Shown in pieces: positions 29,422 through 37,502 of a stretch of 64,000 nucleotides of DNA. The DNA is from Sandaracinaceae bacterium (GTDB lineage Bacteria > Myxococcota_A > Polyangia > Polyangiales > JADJQN01). The DNA lies in assembly GCA_016712745.1 (NCBI GenBank), contig JADJQN010000001.1:746964-810963 (forward strand), given 5' to 3'. Within the stretch, counting starts at the first letter, position 1. Each line of letters begins with the position of its first letter. The position numbers and the translations under genes are program-made. The notes under the pieces are model-generated. The model ran no database searches and was not told where the DNA came from. It saw nothing but the letters and a program-made list of their open reading frames with translations.

Positions 29422-29571
29422 ACGCGAGGAGGTGAGCGGCACCTCCACAGAATCGCGCAATAAAGCGGTGTGTGTCCATCTCGCACACGGCCAAGGCCCC
29501 ACTTGAATATGACAGCGCCGCGCACTAGCCTCGCGGCATGTTTCGACCGTGGGGGTCGGAGCACCTGAACT

Positions 29572-31329
29572 ATGCTTCGCACACGTCTGATCGCTGGCTC
29601 GGCCGCGGGGTTTGTGCTGAGTGCGGTTTTCGCAACCGTCAGCGCCGGTATCGGCATTGGCGATGCGCTCGTAGAGCCGCTGCGTGTGGTTCCAGGCCAG
29701 CCTGCGCCCATCACGCTACGCCTGCCTCCGATCACCGTGCGCGACGCCGACCCGGTCAGCGGCGTCGTCGTTCTGCGGAACATCCAACCGGTGGTCCCGC
29801 GCGGTTCCATCATCAGTAACCGACGCGCAGGCTTTCGCGACACCTACACCGAGAACTTGGTACGGCTCTACGAGAGTAGCCGGCGTCCTCCGCCGATCGG
29901 CGCCGTCATTGGCCTGTGGTTTGTCTATTTCCTCATCGCGATGCTCATCACGAGTTATCTGCGCACCTTCATTCCTAGTCGGGGCGCCCTGCTCCGCACG
30001 CAAGCAGGCATGTTGGGACTGGGGCTCATCCTGCTGGCCGTGGCGAAAGTTGTCCTGCTTATGACGGCAGCTTCTCCCTACGTCCTTCCGGTCGCGGCTG
30101 TGCCGTTATGGGCCTCGCTCTATTTGGACCGACGCACTTCGTTCATGGTGACTATGACGTTCGCGTTCCTCGCCGCGTCCCTGATCGGTTTCAGCCTCAC
30201 GGCGGTCACGGTCTTCATGGCGGCCGGCATGGCCGGGGCATTTGGCTTTCGCGACCGAAAGCACTCCACCTCGCTGCTTGTCGCGGGCGTGGTATCGGGC
30301 ATCGCCTCAGCAGCAGTACTCATCGCGGCCAAAATGCTTTTCGAGGGCGGCATCAACGTTGTCGAGGATCTGAAGCGCTTCACCGAATCAGAGCTTCTGT
30401 CCGCGGCCACCGGTGGCGTGCTTTCGGGCGCGTTTGCCTTTACCTTGCAGCCGCTCGCAGTGCTGGTGCTCGGGGCGGTTTCGCGCAGCCGGCTCCTCGA
30501 CCTCACAGACCTCGAGCAGCCACTGCTGCAGAAGATGGCGCGCGAAGCTCCTGGTTCGTGGGAACACTCGCGCGCGATGGCTAACCTCGCCGAAGCGGCT
30601 GCGGCGGCCGTCGGCGCCGATTCACTGCTGACGCGCGTCGGCGCCTACTATCACGACCTCGGAAAGACCTGTCAGCCGAAGTACTTCGTCGAGAATCTCG
30701 AACCGGGCGAGACGAGCCCGCACGCCGACCTCGAACCGGATGTAAGCGCTGATGCCATCATGGCGCACGTCGTTGAAGGCGTGAGCATCCTTCGCAAGGG
30801 CGGCATCCCGGAGCCTGTGGTGGAGTTCGCATACACGCACCACGGCACGAGCATCATCGAGTACTTCTGGCACAAGTGTTTGGAGCAAGGGAATCCGAAG
30901 AATCTCAAAGAGACCTTTTTCCGTTATCCCGGCATGCGTCCGCGCAACAAAGAGACCGCGATTCTCATGCTGATCGATTCTATCGAAGCCGCATCGCGCA
31001 CGGTGTTTCCGCCGGAGCGCGCGAAGTTCGAAGAAATGGTGCAGCGCATTCTCTTTGTGAAGCTCAAGCAAGGCCAGCTCGACGAATCGGGTTTGACGCT
31101 GGAGGATTTGCGCGTGCTCTCGACGCGCGTGACTGAGACGTTGCTGAATGTCTACCACGGCCGCGTGCGCTATCCATGGCAGGACCGTCAGGCGCGCGGC
31201 GAAGCACAGCTGCCCGTCCCCGGTCTCGCGACGGAAAAAGACATGGAGCGTGACCAAGCCGAAAAAGAGCGCACGGGACGACAAACAGTGTCTCCGCCCG
31301 TACCGCCCAAGGACGATCACCACCACTGA
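29572..31329 (+). CDS. 7TM-receptor HD/HDIG phosphohydrolase (PgpH/YqfF-like)
   Basis: N-terminal extracytoplasmic region, seven TM helices, and a cytoplasmic HD domain (WEHSRAMANLA, GAYYHDLGKT, YTHHG). Confidence 0.8.
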   Translation: MLRTRLIAGSAAGFVLSAVFATVSAGIGIGDALVEPLRVVPGQPAPITLRLPPITVRDADPVSGVVVLRNIQPVVPRGSIISNRRAGFRDTYTENLVRLYESSRRPPPIGAVIGLWFVYFLIAMLITSYLRTFIPSRGALLRTQAGMLGLGLILLAVAKVVLLMTAASPYVLPVAAVPLWASLYLDRRTSFMVTMTFAFLAASLIGFSLTAVTVFMAAGMAGAFGFRDRKHSTSLLVAGVVSGIASAAVLIAAKMLFEGGINVVEDLKRFTESELLSAATGGVLSGAFAFTLQPLAVLVLGAVSRSRLLDLTDLEQPLLQKMAREAPGSWEHSRAMANLAEAAAAAVGADSLLTRVGAYYHDLGKTCQPKYFVENLEPGETSPHADLEPDVSADAIMAHVVEGVSILRKGGIPEPVVEFAYTHHGTSIIEYFWHKCLEQGNPKNLKETFFRYPGMRPRNKETAILMLIDSIEAASRTVFPPERAKFEEMVQRILFVKLKQGQLDESGLTLEDLRVLSTRVTETLLNVYHGRVRYPWQDRQARGEAQLPVPGLATEKDMERDQAEKERTGRQTVSPPVPPKDDHHH

Positions 31330-31339
31330 GTGAGGCATC

Positions 31340-33066
31340 ATGGCCGCGCGCGCACAGAGCTTTATGAAATCGTTGTTCCACGGCGTCATCGCCGAGGAGC
31401 TCATCTTTCCCTATCCAGAAATGGCGGCGGACGAACGCGAGAACGTTCAGCTCATGCGCGAGAGTATCGCCAAGTTCGCGGAGCAGCACGTCGACCCGAA
31501 GAAAATCGACGAGGAGCACCACATCCCTGATGAAGTGCTAAAAGGGATGAAGGAGCTCGGCCTTTTCGGCTTGAGCATTCCGGAGCAGTACGGCGGCATC
31601 GGCCTCTCGCACACCGCATATGCACGCGTTGTTCAAGATGTTGCAGCGATTGACGCGTCTCTCGCAGTTACGCTCGGCGCACACCAATCCATTGGACTCA
31701 AAGCGCTGCTACTCTTCGGCACCGAAGCGCAGAAGAAGAAGTACCTGCCGCGCCTCGCGACGGGCGAGTGGGTAGCGGCGTTTGCGCTCACGGAGCCGGG
31801 CGCGGGCAGCGACGCGGCAAGCATAACGACGCACGCCGAGCTCACGGCCGACGGTGAGCATTACGTTCTCAACGGCTCGAAGATTTGGATCACCAACGGC
31901 GGCTTTGCTGATCTCTTCACGGTCTTTGCGCGCACAAGTTCACCGGACAGCGGCAGCAAGCCGCGCATCACCGCCCTGCTCGTAGAGCGGTCGTACGGCG
32001 TAAAGAACGGACCGTCGGAAAAGAAGATGGGCATTCGCGGCTCTTCGACGACGGAACTTTTTTTCGAGGACGTAAAGGTTCCAGCGGCGAACGTGCTCGG
32101 CGAAGCGGGTCGCGGCTTCAAAGTTGCGATGGAGGTGCTGAACAACGGACGACTCGGTCTTGCATCGGGTGCGCTTGGCAATTGCAAACACCTCATCCAA
32201 CTGGCTGTGCAGCGCACTCAGGAGCGCAATGCCTTCGGCCGCAAGATTGGCGATTTCGGCATGATCAAAGACAAGGTCGCGCGCATGATGTGCGAGACCT
32301 ATGCGCTCGAGTCGATGACCTATCTGACGGCGGGTCTCATCGACGCCGGCGTGCACGACTACTCGCTCGAGAGCGCTATCTGCAAAGTCTTCGGCTCGGA
32401 AACGCTGTGGCGCATTGTGAACGAGACGATGCAAATCGCCGCGGGCATTGGTTATATGTCGGACTACCCCTACGAGCGCTATTTGCGTGACGCGCGCATC
32501 AATCTCATCTTTGAGGGCACCAACGAGATTCTACGCGCCTTTATTGCACTCTCGGGCATGCAGGGACCCGGACAACAGCTGACCGAGGTGGCGCGCGCCA
32601 TGCGCGAACCATTAAGGGATTTGGAGTCCTTAGCGACTTTGCGATCCAGCGCGCGCGCTCGGCCCTTGGCCGCGAGCGACTTGAAAAAGTGCACCCTCTC
32701 CTTCGGCGCGAATCCGTCATCTTCGAAGAAGCCGTGGGAGGACTCGCGCGTGAAACAGAGCGAATCCTGCGCAAGCACGGCAAGCACATTGCCGAACGTC
32801 AGTTCGTGCAAAAGCGCATCGCGGAGGTTGCGATCGATCTCTACGCGCTCTCGGCGATTCTCTCGCGCACAACGCGAACCATTGAACAGCGCGGCGTCGA
32901 GGCATCGCGTCGCGAGATCGATCTCGCAGCGGGCTTTGCCACCCTGGCCAACGATCGCCTGAAGGGCCGCCTCGATCACATGGAGCGTGAGGACGACGAA
33001 CTTCTCAAACAGATCGCCGGCAGCGCTTACGAGGATGCCGGATACCCGTACGACGTCATCGGCTGA
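31340..33066 (+). pseudogene. VLCAD/ACAD9-type acyl-CoA dehydrogenase, frame broken at about 32609-32611
   Basis: ACAD motifs ALTEPGAGSDAAS, IWITNGG and IFEGTNEILR. After ...VARAMRE the frame degenerates. The +2 frame continues IKGFGVLSDFAIQRARSALGRERLEKVHPLL...AIDLYALSAILSRTTRTI... to the stop at 33066, which is the typical VLCAD C-terminal extension. Confidence 0.85.
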
Positions 33067-33070
33067 GCGG

Positions 33071-33508
33071 GTGCGTCCCCTTCGGTACGTTGCGGGAGTC
33101 TGCGCCGCGCTTCTGATGACGAGCTGCGATCAATTGGGCAATCCGCCCCGTCGCTCCAGAACAGAAGCGCACCCGTGGCAAAGCGGCGTCTTGCAGCTCG
33201 TGACACGCACCGAGTCCATTGCGGTCTCGCGTGTGCAACTTTTGCTTGCAGAGCACGCCGGCGAAGAGATCTTGGGCGAACCTGCCCCTCGCGACCCCGA
33301 AGGAGTTGCAACACTTGTGAGCGTCGTCGCTCGAGTCAGCCCGGCCATTCCGCCCGGCACGCGCCTTACAATCGCAACCACGTTCCGCGCCCGTGACGGA
33401 AGCTCAGTCGTGCGGCGCTGGTACGGTCAGCCGGGCGATCCAACGTGGCTCGGGCTGTTCTATCTGCCCGAGGCGCCTGTGGCTGCCGTGACTACGCTCG
33501 CGCAATGA
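33071..33508 (+). CDS. small lipoprotein (no family recognised)
   Basis: GTG start 4 nt after the ACAD stop. Lipobox AALLMTSC. About 145 aa. Confidence 0.5.
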   Translation: MRPLRYVAGVCAALLMTSCDQLGNPPRRSRTEAHPWQSGVLQLVTRTESIAVSRVQLLLAEHAGEEILGEPAPRDPEGVATLVSVVARVSPAIPPGTRLTIATTFRARDGSSVVRRWYGQPGDPTWLGLFYLPEAPVAAVTTLAQ

Positions 33509-33563
33509 TCGTTTAGACGACGTGCATCGTTGCGCCGATGGACTATCCTGCCCGGCCTCAGCC

Positions 33564-34934
33564 ATGCGCAAACAGAGCCCCCACTCACTCCCAGTACTTT
33601 TCGCTCTCTTGGTAACGGCCGCGTCCTGCGCAACTACGGACGACGAGCATGCTGCGGCCGCACACGCTGCAGTCGCGCGCACCGGTCCGTGGCTAATCCC
33701 CACCACTGTTCGTGCAAGCGCGGCAACCCAGGATGTAACGATCACTGAGGCTGGATTGTGGGTTGGCACGAGCGGGTGCTCAGGTTCGTTCACGGAAGGC
33801 GCTCGGATTTTCGGCGACTACCTCCTGGAGAACTTCCCGCAGGTCTCCGACTACGGCGGCTACGACTGCCGCCCCATCGTCGGCGCCGAAGACTGGATGT
33901 CGGTGCATGCAACGGGCCGTGCCCTCGATCTCTTCATACCGGTTGACACGGATGTCGCATCCCCAGGTGACGCCGACAACGACGCGGGCGACGCTGTGGC
34001 CAATTGGCTTATCGCCAATGCCGAATACATCGGCGTGCAGCGCGTGATTTGGGACCGATGGATCTGGCAGGCGGATTCCGATCCTACAGCGCGCGATGGC
34101 GCCTACGATTTTGCAGGCTCGCACCCGCATAACGATCACATTCACATGGAGCTCTCAGTAGAAGCATCCGAGATGGACACTGAGTTCTTCTCAGGTCCGA
34201 TGGATCCGCCCGTACTCACGGGGTGCGCTGCCCTTCCCGCCGAAGGCGGCATCATCGACAATTCTGACGCGTGCTTTCAGGCATTCGGCAGCCCGACGTA
34301 CTGGCGCCAGGTCGAGGGTGCAGGTATCGGCGGCTCCTACATCTGGACGAATGCGTTTAGCTCGACCGATCCATCAAACTGGGCGCGCTGGGCGATCAAT
34401 CTCACCCGCTCGGGTCATTATGAAGTTGAAGTTCATGTGATCCCCGCGCACGCCGTCTTCGCACGCACACAGTATGAGATACGCCGCGCCGAGGGCTCTG
34501 GGACCGTGATCGTTGATCAGAGCGCGCACGCTGCATGGGTCACCTTGGGCGAGTTCGACTTCGTGTCCGGGGGCGCGCAATCCGTCTCGGTCTACGATAA
34601 CGCGAGCGGCACCGTGCCAAGCAATCAGAACATTTGCGTCGATGCGATCCGCGTTACGAATCTAGACCCGGTCGAGCCGACTGACGGTGGCGTCGGGATC
34701 GTGGACGGCGGCGTCGCCGACGCAGCACCGGAAGACACAGATGGCGGGGGTCTGCCTCGCGACGCGGGCGCGAACATCGACGGCGCTGCGAGCGGTGACG
34801 CATCAAGTTTTGCGAGTCCGCGGATGAGCAGCGGATGCTCGGTGAGCGCGCACACGGGTAGCCCCACGCCACTCCTGGCTGGGCTCTTCGCACTGCTGTA
34901 TCTGGTAGCGTCGCGCAGGCGTACACGGCGCTAG
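33564..34934 (+). CDS. secreted LAS/M15-type zinc peptidase with golvesin-like C-terminal domain and MYXO-CTERM sorting tag
   Basis: Lipobox-like signal LLVTAASC. SxHxxGxAxD motif (SVHATGRALD) and HxH (HNDHIHMEL). The domain CFQAFGSPTYWRQVEG...SGHYEVEVHVIP...VDAIRV follows. The C-terminal tag is SSGCSVSA-(hydrophobic helix)-SRRRTRR. Confidence 0.65.
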   Translation: MRKQSPHSLPVLFALLVTAASCATTDDEHAAAAHAAVARTGPWLIPTTVRASAATQDVTITEAGLWVGTSGCSGSFTEGARIFGDYLLENFPQVSDYGGYDCRPIVGAEDWMSVHATGRALDLFIPVDTDVASPGDADNDAGDAVANWLIANAEYIGVQRVIWDRWIWQADSDPTARDGAYDFAGSHPHNDHIHMELSVEASEMDTEFFSGPMDPPVLTGCAALPAEGGIIDNSDACFQAFGSPTYWRQVEGAGIGGSYIWTNAFSSTDPSNWARWAINLTRSGHYEVEVHVIPAHAVFARTQYEIRRAEGSGTVIVDQSAHAAWVTLGEFDFVSGGAQSVSVYDNASGTVPSNQNICVDAIRVTNLDPVEPTDGGVGIVDGGVADAAPEDTDGGGLPRDAGANIDGAASGDASSFASPRMSSGCSVSAHTGSPTPLLAGLFALLYLVASRRRTRR

Positions 34935-35094
34935 AACGCATCTCATAAATCCCGACCGAGGATTTCCGAAGCGCGGCCAAGCCGTAGCTAGGCGCGGCGA
35001 CGACGAATACTGGTTGTATTTGGAGGAGCCGCAACGACGCTACGGCGAAGTGCCCGCGAGGAAGCCGACCGAGGGATTTATGAGATGCGTTCTA
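34932..35094. mobile_element. MITE-like element with 22-bp perfect terminal inverted repeats
   Basis: TAGAACGCATCTCATAAATCCC (34932-34953) and its exact reverse complement GGGATTTATGAGATGCGTTCTA (35073-35094) flank 119 nt. The outermost TA on each side could be a TA target duplication. An inner 8-bp pair is GCCGTAGC/GCTACGGC. No transposase is present. Confidence 0.5.
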
Positions 35095-35113
35095 AAACGG
35101 ACGCTCGTCTCGG

Positions 35114-36640
35114 CTATTCCGGAACGACTTCGCCGCGTCCCGCTGCTTCGAGGCGCAAAGCCTCAATGGACGTCTCGAATTGATCGGCCATCTCCGGGTC
35201 GAACTGAGACCCGGAACAACGGCGGATTTCGGCAAGGGCTGTTTCGTGGGGCAGCGCCTTACGGTACGCCCGGTCGCTCGTCATCGCATCGTAGGTGTCG
35301 GCTACCGAAATGATACGTGCGATGAGCGGAATCTCCTGCGCCGTCATGCCAAGCGGGTAACCGCGCCCGTCCCAACGCTCATGATGCAAATGCACGCCAG
35401 GGATCAGTGGATGCAAAAAGGTAATCGGCTCGAGGATGTCTTTGCCGTAGCCAGGATGCTTCTTGAAGATCTCATAATCATCCTGCGAGAGCTTGCCGGG
35501 CTTGTTGAGGTTGAGCACGCAGCCAATCTTGCCGATGTCGTGCATCATGGCCGACTGTCGAACAATCTCGACCTGCTCTTCGGAAAGCTCGAGCTTGATA
35601 GCGAGGATCTGTGCGTATGCGGCAACACGCTCCGAGTGACCGGCCGTGTAGCGATCCATCTTGTCGATAGCGCTCGCGAGACCGCGAATCGTCTGGCGAA
35701 ACGTCGCCTTCAAGTCTTCGTATAGCTTTGCGTTCTCAATCGCCGCCGCAGCGCGATTGGCGACCATGCTGAGCAGCTTGCGCTGCCCTTCATCAAACTT
35801 CTTATCTTTCGTGTAGCTGCAGGCGACTAGGAAACCGATGATCTTTCCGCGCACACGAAGTGACGTAACGATCAACGCCTGCAGCTTCGTGCGTTCGGGC
35901 GCAACCTTGTAGTACCGATGACTACGCGTGCCGTGCAAACGAAGAGGCTTTTCTTCCTTGAACCACTCGAGCAGCGCATCGACATCGAGCTCGCCGTGAT
36001 CGAGGTCTCCATGCCACCTGGGCGAGACCTCGCGTGCTGCTTGAAAGAATCCGCCCTCGCCATCTGCGAGGAGCACTTCCACGGCGTCCGCTTCGACCTC
36101 GTGAATCGCAGCGTCCATCACCGTGCGCGTCACTTCGTCGAGCGAGAGCGATGCGGCGATGGCTTCGCTCACCTTGTAGAGCGACAAGGCTTCGCGCAGA
36201 CGAAGATTTTCTGCGTGGAGCTTTTGCTTTTCGAGCCCGCGCCGGATGACGTGCACTACCTCTTCAACCTTGAAGGGCTTGAGGATGTAGTCATACGCGC
36301 CGCGCTTCATCGCGTCGATGGCCGTCTCGACAGTGCCAAAGCCGGTCATGATGACCGTCACAACATTGGGAGTGTGCTTGGCAATCGCTTCGAGCAACTC
36401 GATGCCGCCCATGTTGGGCATCTTCAAATCGGTGAGCACCAAGTCGTAGGCCGAGCGCGAGAGCTCGACTAGCGCAGCAGCTCCGTCTTCAGCTGTGCGA
36501 ACCCAAAAGCCTTCCATCGACAGAAAGTCCGCAACGATCTCGCGGATCACTTTCTCATCGTCGACGACGAGTATTCGAGGCGACTCATCGGGAAGCAGGG
36601 ATTCGTTGATCGGGGATTCCATACTGGGGGCGGTCCCCAT
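35114..36640 (-). CDS. response regulator with GAF-like and HD-GYP domains (c-di-GMP phosphodiesterase type)
   Basis: Receiver (ILVVDDEKVIREIV, LVLTDLKMPNMGG), a GAF-like middle region, and HD-GYP motifs (HSERVAAY, MMHDIGKI, HHERWDGRGYP). Confidence 0.85.
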   Translation of the reverse strand: MGTAPSMESPINESLLPDESPRILVVDDEKVIREIVADFLSMEGFWVRTAEDGAAALVELSRSAYDLVLTDLKMPNMGGIELLEAIAKHTPNVVTVIMTGFGTVETAIDAMKRGAYDYILKPFKVEEVVHVIRRGLEKQKLHAENLRLREALSLYKVSEAIAASLSLDEVTRTVMDAAIHEVEADAVEVLLADGEGGFFQAAREVSPRWHGDLDHGELDVDALLEWFKEEKPLRLHGTRSHRYYKVAPERTKLQALIVTSLRVRGKIIGFLVACSYTKDKKFDEGQRKLLSMVANRAAAAIENAKLYEDLKATFRQTIRGLASAIDKMDRYTAGHSERVAAYAQILAIKLELSEEQVEIVRQSAMMHDIGKIGCVLNLNKPGKLSQDDYEIFKKHPGYGKDILEPITFLHPLIPGVHLHHERWDGRGYPLGMTAQEIPLIARIISVADTYDAMTSDRAYRKALPHETALAEIRRCSGSQFDPEMADQFETSIEALRLEAAGRGEVVPE

Positions 36641-36739
36641 GGCGGACCTGACTTAGGATGCATCTTATCGGCCCGCGCGCCCGTGCACAACGTTCGCCAT
36701 TTGCCGCAGCCGAAAACCTCTGCTATTTCGGGCTAGCTC

Positions 36740-37366
36740 GTGACCAATCACCGCCTCCGATTGTCTGCTTTGATCTACGGAGCGCTCGCCGCAGCAGCGA
36801 TTGTTTGGGGTGGTTTGCGCGGACAATGGCTGCTTTTCCGGCCTTCCGCGGGCTGGGCCGACGGCTCCGCCAGTGCGCGAATCGCGGTGTCCCTCGCGCT
36901 CGGGTTGGCGGTGGCCGCGATCACGATCGCAGGCACGCGCGTTTTGGTGCGTAAATCCTCCCACGTGCGGGCACTCCATTCTGAGTTCCATCGGCTTTTC
37001 GGTCCCCTCTCCGGCTCCGAGATCGCGCTCTTTGCAGTCTTCTCGGGCGTTGCGGAGGAGCTCTTCTTCCGCGGTGCAATGCAGCCAGCGCTCGGCGTGG
37101 TGCTCACGTCGATTATCTTCGGCCTTGTGCACATCGGACCTACTCGCAGGTTTTGGATCTGGACGCTTTGGGCGACGCTGATGGGCTTTGTGTTTGGATT
37201 CATCGCTTGGATCACGGGCGACATTTTTGGAACGACGCTCGCGCACGTGCTCATCAACTACGAGAACATGCACTTCATCGCAGGGCACGATCCCGAACGT
37301 AACGCCGGCCACCCCTACGCGACACTCCCGGAACCCAACCTCGTCGGCAAGCCCACGCGCTCCTAA
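36740..37366 (+). CDS. CPBP-family intramembrane glutamic endopeptidase (CAAX protease-like)
   Basis: The three CPBP motifs are present: EELFFRG, FGLVHIG and AHVLINYE. There are about six TM helices. Confidence 0.8.
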   Translation: MTNHRLRLSALIYGALAAAAIVWGGLRGQWLLFRPSAGWADGSASARIAVSLALGLAVAAITIAGTRVLVRKSSHVRALHSEFHRLFGPLSGSEIALFAVFSGVAEELFFRGAMQPALGVVLTSIIFGLVHIGPTRRFWIWTLWATLMGFVFGFIAWITGDIFGTTLAHVLINYENMHFIAGHDPERNAGHPYATLPEPNLVGKPTRS

Positions 37367-37367
37367 C

Positions 37368-37502
37368 CGTCATGGATGACGGTCTGAGTGCTCGTCGTCA
37401 TTGCATGACGGTCTGAGTGCTCGTCGTCATTGCATGACGGTCTGAGTGCTCGTCGTCATTGCATGACGGTCTGAGTGCTCGTCGTCATTGCATGACGACG
37501 CT
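37368..37502. repeat. tandem repeat, 29-bp unit x 4 perfect copies plus degenerate flanking copies
   Basis: ATGACGGTCTGAGTGCTCGTCGTCATTGC occurs at 37376-37404, 37405-37433, 37434-37462 and 37463-37491 with 100 percent identity. Partial copies lie at 37368-37375 and 37492-37502. The array fills the whole CPBP/protease convergent gap. Confidence 0.95.

Noticed and set aside
37376-37491. Possible CRISPR array (29-bp repeats)
   Set aside because: The units are directly contiguous with no spacers, there are only four copies, and no cas genes are in the window. This is a simple tandem repeat.
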